A stretch of 40,516 bases of DNA from an uncultured Candidatus Poseidoniales archaeon (GTDB taxonomy: Archaea > Thermoplasmatota > Poseidoniia > Poseidoniales > Thalassarchaeaceae): NCBI GenBank assembly GCA_964342705.1, contig CAYFHB010000001.1, forward strand, positions 1-40,516, in the 5' to 3' direction. Position numbers and translations under genes: made by a program. This document shows positions 34,824 through 40,516 of the stretch, piece by piece (positions within the stretch are counted from its first letter, which is position 1; every line of letters begins with the position of its first letter). The notes beneath the pieces were generated by a model, which saw nothing but the letters and a program-made list of their open reading frames with translations, was not told the DNA's origin and did not search any database.

Positions 34824-36875
34824 TCAATCCGTCGCACCTGCGAAGAATGCCATCGAATCTCGGAATAATTCCTCACGCCGCTTTCGCTTATTCCGCATCA
34901 CGTGCATCACAGTAAAGGCAACAGCGAGCAAGATCACGAATGGGATGAACGCCTCAGCGTGATACCGCTCCATGAATTCGATGATTCCACGCGCAGTATA
35001 AGCCCAAGTCAAAGAAGCCGCGGTCCCTCCAAATAGACAAGCGACTAGAACGCGTTCGAAGCGCATACGAGCGACCAATCCAAGCATGGCACCAACAAGC
35101 ACGCCACTCGCCATGAATGGAATCCAAACGAACACGATCAGGAACCAGAATCCGTATTTCTCGATGCGCGTCTGATTCTTGTGCGCGACATATTCGACAC
35201 TCGACAAGATATCGCCCATGAATGGATTCTGAAGCAGAGCCCCAGTGATTCCACCCTGTTTGGCGACCATCGCCTCACCCTGAAACTCGTCCACCCCGCG
35301 CTCCACCCGGCCAGCCACGGCTCGGTCGGAAAGCGTCGCCTTCTCATTCCTAGCACTGACAACGAGTGTGCGCCCTCCGAGGTGCTCTGTGAGGTCGTTG
35401 AGGAGGTGGGCGTTGAGGTCAGCCTGCATATCTCGGTACGTGGGCTTGAACAAGAAATACGAGAACCGCATCACCGGTCGGTAAATCACCCGCACGAAAA
35501 CAGCATCCTCATCGGCGAGGACAGCCGTTCCGTAATCGACCAGATTGTGCCTTCTGAACCAGCGATTCAAACTGGTCTGGGCGGCTGCCTCGAGCCATCC
35601 GTAGGCACTCATCTCGGCGAAGAAGGAAGAATAATCCTCGAGCGGAGTGAACGGGCCGTCGACGATGTCGAAAGAGATTCGTGAACCCTCGTGGGCCTCG
35701 TGGATATCATCGTCGATGCAGATTATCTTCAATTGAAGAGGTCTCATTTCGCCGAAGACCGCGAATTCCTCAAGTAGACTACGAGTCAGTTCTGCTCGAA
35801 TGTCCGAAGGTTGTTGGATGGTTGTTGGGCGGGTTTTGTAGGGGAGGAGTACATCGATTGAAATCGGTCTTTCCTGCATCTTCATCTGTTTGAAATCGAT
35901 ATCGATGAGGACCTGCTCAAGGGTCGAACTTAGGGTTCTGTGGATTAGGCGGCGAAGTTGGGCTTCGGTGAGCAGGTCATCAGTATCTCTGTGGTACATC
36001 TTGTGCATCAGTGGGTATTGAACGCAGAGGAAGAATAGCGACATCCCCAGCGATACCATCGCCATCCACCAAGCTGGGATTCCGGCGTTGCCGCCAGTCA
36101 GCATCGCTGCCTCGCGGCCGCCGACCCACTCGGCTCCCATCATGATCCATCCCCATTCGCCGAGTCCTTCGATGGTCCAGCAGGAGCGAGGGTCGACATC
36201 ATGGACCTCAACCTCCTGCTTGATGTCGGAGCTGAATGGTCCACTCGAGTGAGAAGAAATCTCAATTTCAACCTCTTTGTAATCGAGTGGGTCATCGATA
36301 AGCGCGGCCAATTGTGATTGGTCTAGAGATTCAATTTCGTCATCAGTAATCACTTTCCAAATGAGAACAGTGGTGTTGTAATGTCCGTCTTCAAGTTCGG
36401 ATGGATCAAGTGCCAATTGTTGGTCACCTAATCCTCCTTGCAGATGGACCTGTTCAGAAAGATTGGACATCTCGAATACGATGCCTATGACTGTCTGAGC
36501 ATCGGAATCGACATTGTAGGACTCGGCCTTTAGCAGATGATCGTCGGCCGAGAAGAAGATGTTGAACCAAATTTGGCCCTCTCGATCGACGCATTCCCCC
36601 TCAGGGTCAAGAGGTGTCGAGGAGAGGGTCTTGTCGACTACAATCGAATCGGCGGCAATCCATCCAGAGGACATCATGAAGACGCCGCCGAAGAATATCG
36701 TACCGATGATTAAACCGGCGACGAGAGTGTAATCCTCGAAGGCACCGCGAAAGAATCGCTTGTCCCCCTCGCGGCGGGATCGAATTCGGTCCAACTCCCA
36801 GTCGAGACTGTCCTTCTCGGACTCTCCGGGCAAGGCTGCCGCAGTCACGAACAAGGCAGGGATTGACTGGGCCAT
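34824..36875 (-). CDS. Large multi-domain membrane protein of unknown function; C-terminal TM block resembles the small multidrug export (COG2426-like) family (tentative)
   Basis: The layout is TM1 (LVAGLIIGTIFFGGVFMM), an approximately 190-aa acidic external domain, a TM pair, an approximately 290-aa soluble domain, then a C-terminal block FWFLIVFVWIPFMASGVLVGAMLGLVARM...LFGGTAASLTWAY. It lies about 40 nt upstream of the ABC ATPase gene on the same strand. Confidence 0.6.
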   Translation of the reverse strand: MAQSIPALFVTAAALPGESEKDSLDWELDRIRSRREGDKRFFRGAFEDYTLVAGLIIGTIFFGGVFMMSSGWIAADSIVVDKTLSSTPLDPEGECVDREGQIWFNIFFSADDHLLKAESYNVDSDAQTVIGIVFEMSNLSEQVHLQGGLGDQQLALDPSELEDGHYNTTVLIWKVITDDEIESLDQSQLAALIDDPLDYKEVEIEISSHSSGPFSSDIKQEVEVHDVDPRSCWTIEGLGEWGWIMMGAEWVGGREAAMLTGGNAGIPAWWMAMVSLGMSLFFLCVQYPLMHKMYHRDTDDLLTEAQLRRLIHRTLSSTLEQVLIDIDFKQMKMQERPISIDVLLPYKTRPTTIQQPSDIRAELTRSLLEEFAVFGEMRPLQLKIICIDDDIHEAHEGSRISFDIVDGPFTPLEDYSSFFAEMSAYGWLEAAAQTSLNRWFRRHNLVDYGTAVLADEDAVFVRVIYRPVMRFSYFLFKPTYRDMQADLNAHLLNDLTEHLGGRTLVVSARNEKATLSDRAVAGRVERGVDEFQGEAMVAKQGGITGALLQNPFMGDILSSVEYVAHKNQTRIEKYGFWFLIVFVWIPFMASGVLVGAMLGLVARMRFERVLVACLFGGTAASLTWAYTARGIIEFMERYHAEAFIPFVILLAVAFTVMHVMRNKRKRREELFRDSMAFFAGATD

Positions 36876-36937
36876 CAACCCGTCGGTCCTCGCGGGCGAG
36901 TTCCTTTGGAACTCGAGATACCTTGTTCCCTGCCGAT

Positions 36938-39052
36938 TCAGTCGCGTCGAGAGGCCATCGCCGCACCCAACAGACCTAGTGCTGCGATGAGTGAACCGAA
37001 TCCTGGTAACATTGGGTTCTGAGCCCTAGATTCGCTAGTGTATTCATCTGCCCAAGTATCGTAGAAATCGAAGTCTTCGGCTTCGTCACCAGTCGCTGTA
37101 ATCGTCATCACATCGCCGGCCGAGATCATTCCGTCGTCATCGTTGTCCTCGTAGACGAATGTAGCCCACGAATCCGAGCCGATGCTCATCGTCGTCTCGC
37201 TGGTCGAGAGGACAGCCGAGGCTAGGACAGCGCAATCGCTTGGAAGAGGGTCGGTTTCCTCACCCATTTCGTCGTACTGCGGAGGCACCTCGGAACAATC
37301 GATCGCACGGAATTCAAAGTCCGAGATTGGCGCGTTGAAGATTTGTGATGTGTCCACCGTGGTGGAGTAGGTTTGTGGCTCTGGCGCCGGCTCCTCAATT
37401 GTTGGATTGAGGAAGGCGATGAAGAGATGGTCTCCCACGAGCTCGTAGCGGATGTACTCTGACGAGCCATCCGGCCAAGTAATCACCTGCATGGTATCAT
37501 CCATCTCCATCGAGATTGGAACCGGGTCCCCGCAAATCGACTCGTCCGCATCCCAGACCAATCCATACATCTGACAATCCGATTCGGACATAAAGGCGAG
37601 TTGAACATGGAATGTATCCTCGCTCACGGTGACGAGTTGAGGTGTGCCATCTTGAACCACCGCCCAGCGGGTATTCGCAGAATCGAAGGTCGGCTCGCCC
37701 TCGCCAATTTCGGGCGGTAAGTCGTTTACATCGACGACTTCCCCGCACCAATCAGGGAAATCTGGGTGAGCCGAAACACCGGCTTCAATCGTCTCGTTCT
37801 CGAAATCATCTAGAGACGAGGCGAGTACATTGACCAATCCGCAACCCCAGAAGTGGTTCATCGTCCACTCATCTTCATCCGAGCCACCTTCGTCGAGGTG
37901 GGCGGTACCATTTGCCGAGTTCTCGTGGTCTGGTGATTGGCCGAAATCATCGGTACAGTACCAAGTTTCGTCTTCTGAATCGAACTCGCAGTAGAACCAC
38001 CATTCTTCCCAATCTTCGTCGGATTCGTCAATCTTGCACCACCAGCGCTCATCATCGCCATTACTTACTGCGTCCTCATAGCCTTCCCACTCACAGTAAC
38101 CGTACTCAACCCAGTACATCTCGTCACCATCGCCCTCATCATCCCAATCATCCCAGTCATCCTCATCTTCGGATTCATCCTGTAACCAATCGATCGGCAA
38201 GGCGGTTCGCGGCAGGGTCTCATCAATCGCGATGACGATTGCGTCTCCCCATATCGCAGTATATTCTGCATACATTTCTGTAGTATCGTTAGTTGCTTCT
38301 TGGATGAACGATATCAATTCCTCATCCTCAGCGAGCGTGATGGTGAGCTTGAATGTCAGATTCGTCTCAGAGTCAAAGTATTCCAATTCTAGAACGTGCA
38401 TATTCTCCTTTGAATCCCAAGATATGACCGGTTCAACATCTGTAGGGATTTCTCCCAATTCTTCCATCTCTTCGATTCCAATCTCACCGGTACCTTCACT
38501 CGATGACTCATCGAAGGAGTGAATCAATTGCATTATGTCGGGGTCATTGTCGCGAGTTTGGGCCGAGGAGGTTACACTGGTTCCCGCCATCGCGACAGAT
38601 ATTGTTTGGTCGACATTAATGACCTCGCCAACCTGCGTGACAGCATAATCAATCGACATGAACGGAGCCATGTCCATATTCATTCGCAGATAGGCGGATG
38701 AATTAGCGAGATCAACCTTGACCGTGCGCTGCACTGTACTCTCAATGGTCATGCCCATGTCCTCCATGGTCATCTCGACATGGTAGGAGAAACCTGCCTT
38801 CGGTGATTTCTCAAGCATGGCATCGATGTCCATCGACTCCTCCATCTTATCGAGGAAGGTCTGCATTGAGACGAGGTAGATGCAGTCGCCAAGCGCCTCG
38901 GCGGTAGCGTTCTCGTCGTAATTCTCTGCGTTTTCATCCATACAACCGAGGAGATCGTCGACGAGGTCTTCAATATCCTCGCCGGAAAGACATCCAGAGA
39001 GTGGTGTTGCGACTAGAATCAGGCTTGCTAGTAGTGCGAATGCGCGGTTCAT
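36938..39052 (-). CDS. Highly acidic secreted protein with an N-terminal lipobox and a canonical C-terminal PGF-CTERM anchor
   Basis: Signal/lipobox MNRAFALLASLILVATPLSGC. The C-terminus, MLPGFGSLIAALGLLGAAMASRRD, is PGF plus a TM plus a basic tail. There is a Trp/Asp/Glu-rich Cys repeat region and an EF-hand-like loop, DNDDDGMISAGD. Confidence 0.8.
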   Translation of the reverse strand: MNRAFALLASLILVATPLSGCLSGEDIEDLVDDLLGCMDENAENYDENATAEALGDCIYLVSMQTFLDKMEESMDIDAMLEKSPKAGFSYHVEMTMEDMGMTIESTVQRTVKVDLANSSAYLRMNMDMAPFMSIDYAVTQVGEVINVDQTISVAMAGTSVTSSAQTRDNDPDIMQLIHSFDESSSEGTGEIGIEEMEELGEIPTDVEPVISWDSKENMHVLELEYFDSETNLTFKLTITLAEDEELISFIQEATNDTTEMYAEYTAIWGDAIVIAIDETLPRTALPIDWLQDESEDEDDWDDWDDEGDGDEMYWVEYGYCEWEGYEDAVSNGDDERWWCKIDESDEDWEEWWFYCEFDSEDETWYCTDDFGQSPDHENSANGTAHLDEGGSDEDEWTMNHFWGCGLVNVLASSLDDFENETIEAGVSAHPDFPDWCGEVVDVNDLPPEIGEGEPTFDSANTRWAVVQDGTPQLVTVSEDTFHVQLAFMSESDCQMYGLVWDADESICGDPVPISMEMDDTMQVITWPDGSSEYIRYELVGDHLFIAFLNPTIEEPAPEPQTYSTTVDTSQIFNAPISDFEFRAIDCSEVPPQYDEMGEETDPLPSDCAVLASAVLSTSETTMSIGSDSWATFVYEDNDDDGMISAGDVMTITATGDEAEDFDFYDTWADEYTSESRAQNPMLPGFGSLIAALGLLGAAMASRRD

Positions 39053-39087
39053 TGGCCGTCAACGCTCGTTAATCCTCCTTCAATCTA

Positions 39088-39111
39088 ATCCCGTCACTGA
39101 CCAGACGGGAT
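39088..39111 (-). other. 8-8-8 stem-loop ATCCCGTC-N8-GACGGGAT between the M28 peptidase and acidic protein genes
   Basis: Perfect 8-bp arms, 32 nt after the M28 stop (39144) on the - strand. No oligo-T follows. Confidence 0.3.
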
Positions 39112-39143
39112 AGACAGTGTAGAAGTTAATCGAATGTGGTCCC

Positions 39144-40397
39144 TCAGTCTGTGAATTTGAAATCACCTGACATATCAGACCACATCAGAACTGTCAGAGC
39201 ATTCAGTCCAGTCTGCATTCCAAGTTCGAATCCACCTCGCCCACCGGCCAACTGATAGAGGACATCGACACGGTCGGTGGGCGCATGTTTTGGTGACTGT
39301 TCGCAGGTGTCATCTTCCTCCTGAATATATTCGTGCATCCCGCGCATCCATGTCGCCGGCCATCCCCGCGAGATGAAATTGTAATGATCCGAATTTCCTT
39401 TTGTGTCGTCGAGCACAACCACCCACTCGCTTGGGTACTGTAGCTCGTCGTAGAGGACGCCATCCAACCACATCCAAAGATCGGCGGCTTCCTCCCGCAT
39501 CTCATCCGTCACATTCGTTCCGCGATCCTCGTAATAGGACCAGTCATCGAGGGGTGAAGTGAAAAGATAGAGGTGAAAGTATTCCTCGTCGCAGCCGCTC
39601 AGTTGGCTGATTACTTGGGATTCAACCGGCCAATTCAATCCATACATGTCGAGGTTGATGTAAGTTGCAATCTCGACTCCTTCGGGCAGATTCTCAACGA
39701 ATGTCTCACTACCATATCCCGCACCCTCAGGGGATCCTTGACCCTGCCATTCCTCGTAATCCCAAGTGGCGAATTTCCAGGTATGTTTCGGCTTCAAATC
39801 AATGCCATTTTCATCGAAATAAATTTGCCATTCCTTGACCAGACGAGCGAGTTCCAACACCGAGGCAACACCGGTGGCATCGTCATAAGCACCCTCAGAA
39901 GTACAACCAGGATATTCGATGCCGATGACGATCTGTTGAGAATAACAAATTGCATCGTAATGACCTCCGACAACTATCCAGGAATTAGGGTCCTCACCCT
40001 CCAGAGTTGCTATGTAATTCCGACAATCTTCACACAATTGCGTGGTAAATTCCTGAATCTCGACATCATACCCAAGGTCCTCAAATCTGAATTGAATGAA
40101 GTCGCCAGCATTTGCATGAGCGGTTGTGTCGATTTTTCGGTAGCCGAAGTCTGCCAACGTCTCGATATCATCTACTACTTTGCTGGCGTTTGCCCAAGTT
40201 ATTGGGGGGTTATTTTCCAATTCGTCATCAAGACTGCGCTCTGCTTCGGATAGGATCCATTCACCAAAGAGAATACCAGCACCGATTGTTGCAGAGATCA
40301 AAATCACGGCGATGGTTGTAGCGATTATCGCTACCTTGTGACGGTACTCGAGTTTGAATCCCGAGGCCTCATCATCCACGGCTATCGCTTTAGGCAT
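39144..40397 (-). CDS. M28 family aminopeptidase, N-terminally membrane-anchored
   Basis: TM anchor VAIIATTIAVILISATIGAGILF. Metal and catalytic contexts are VGGHYDA, GAYDDATGVASVLELAR, WDYEEWQGQG, NLDMYG and NSDHYNF. Confidence 0.82.
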   Translation of the reverse strand: MPKAIAVDDEASGFKLEYRHKVAIIATTIAVILISATIGAGILFGEWILSEAERSLDDELENNPPITWANASKVVDDIETLADFGYRKIDTTAHANAGDFIQFRFEDLGYDVEIQEFTTQLCEDCRNYIATLEGEDPNSWIVVGGHYDAICYSQQIVIGIEYPGCTSEGAYDDATGVASVLELARLVKEWQIYFDENGIDLKPKHTWKFATWDYEEWQGQGSPEGAGYGSETFVENLPEGVEIATYINLDMYGLNWPVESQVISQLSGCDEEYFHLYLFTSPLDDWSYYEDRGTNVTDEMREEAADLWMWLDGVLYDELQYPSEWVVVLDDTKGNSDHYNFISRGWPATWMRGMHEYIQEEDDTCEQSPKHAPTDRVDVLYQLAGGRGGFELGMQTGLNALTVLMWSDMSGDFKFTD

Positions 40398-40462
40398 CGC
40401 GCGATAGGGCTTCTTTGTTTGGGCGGAATTGATGACTGGCTCTACTGAAATTCAAGGAGAGA

Positions 40463-40516
40463 TGGTGCAGGGGACAGGATTCGAACCTGCGAAGCACTAC
40501 GCACAGCGACCTGAAC
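40463..40516 (-). tRNA. tRNA-Leu(CAG), 3' portion only (truncated by the window end), with CCA encoded
   Basis: The reverse complement reads G-TTCAGGT-CGCTG-TGCGTAGTGCTTC-GCAGG-TTCGAAT-CCTGT-CCCCTGC-A-CCA. That parses as an anticodon loop with CAG at positions 34-36, a 13-nt long variable arm, a canonical T-arm, an acceptor 3' strand, discriminator A73 and CCA. The long variable arm, A73 and the GCAGGGG acceptor fit archaeal tRNA-Leu. Confidence 0.75.

Noticed and set aside
40463-40516. An alternative reading of the partial tRNA with anticodon UCA (Sec/opal suppressor), or as tRNA-Ser
   Set aside because: The UCA register would put G at position 32 and shift the anticodon stem. The CAG register gives the canonical U32-U33 and G37. 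Discriminator A73 and the GCAGGGG acceptor fit archaeal tRNA-Leu rather than tRNA-Ser (G73). The 5' half is outside the window, so this cannot be fully verified.
1-40516. Genomic island, prophage, integrative element or defence island
   Set aside because: I recognise no integrase, transposase, terminal repeats, phage structural genes, restriction-modification, toxin-antitoxin or nucleotide-sensing defence genes. Composition is uniform apart from short spacers. The tRNA at the window edge has no adjacent integrase within the window.

Overview
This is a 40.5-kb, gene-dense chromosomal segment with about 32 protein genes, many joined by 1-10 nt start/stop overlaps, plus a partial tRNA. G+C is roughly mid-to-high 50s % by eye. 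The gene content points to an archaeon, probably a heterotrophic marine euryarchaeote (Poseidoniales/MGII-like); that assignment is inference only. The evidence is archaeal-type shikimate entry enzymes (ADH synthase, DHQ synthase II, GHMP-type shikimate kinase), two PGF-CTERM sorting signals, an HTH_10 (Bat-like) regulator and an archaeal-looking tRNA-Leu. On the + strand the order is: ribE-ribH, a methyltransferase (-), trxB, an E1-like/rhodanese enzyme, an AT-rich repeat array, a fused 2-oxoacid dehydrogenase E1, a Ca/Na antiporter, an acyl-CoA dehydrogenase and a membrane-anchored subtilase. Next comes a molybdenum-cofactor / xanthine-dehydrogenase-family cluster: MocA-like, a putative metal transporter, XdhC, an S8 lipoprotein peptidase, the HTH_10 regulator, and 2Fe-2S, Mo and FAD subunits. 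It is followed by a PGF-CTERM surface protein and a DUF4350-like/MoxR/DUF58/membrane-protein module. From about 27 kb everything is on the - strand: aroC-aroK-aroB'-aroA', xth, a MacB/FtsX-type ABC operon with a 683-aa membrane protein, a very acidic lipobox + PGF-CTERM protein, an M28 peptidase and a partial tRNA-Leu(CAG). I see no transposase, integrase, CRISPR/cas, toxin-antitoxin or recognisable defence genes, so I cannot point to a clear-cut new system. The best candidates for a second look are: (1) the phased iteron-like repeat array at 4.2 kb; (2) the Mo-enzyme cluster, whose FAD subunit carries a 4-hydroxybenzoyl-CoA-reductase-like Cys insert; (3) the uncharacterised MoxR/DUF58/DUF4350-like envelope module; (4) the ABC operon with its large orphan membrane protein. 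All family calls rest on motifs read by eye from the ORF translations, with no searches run.
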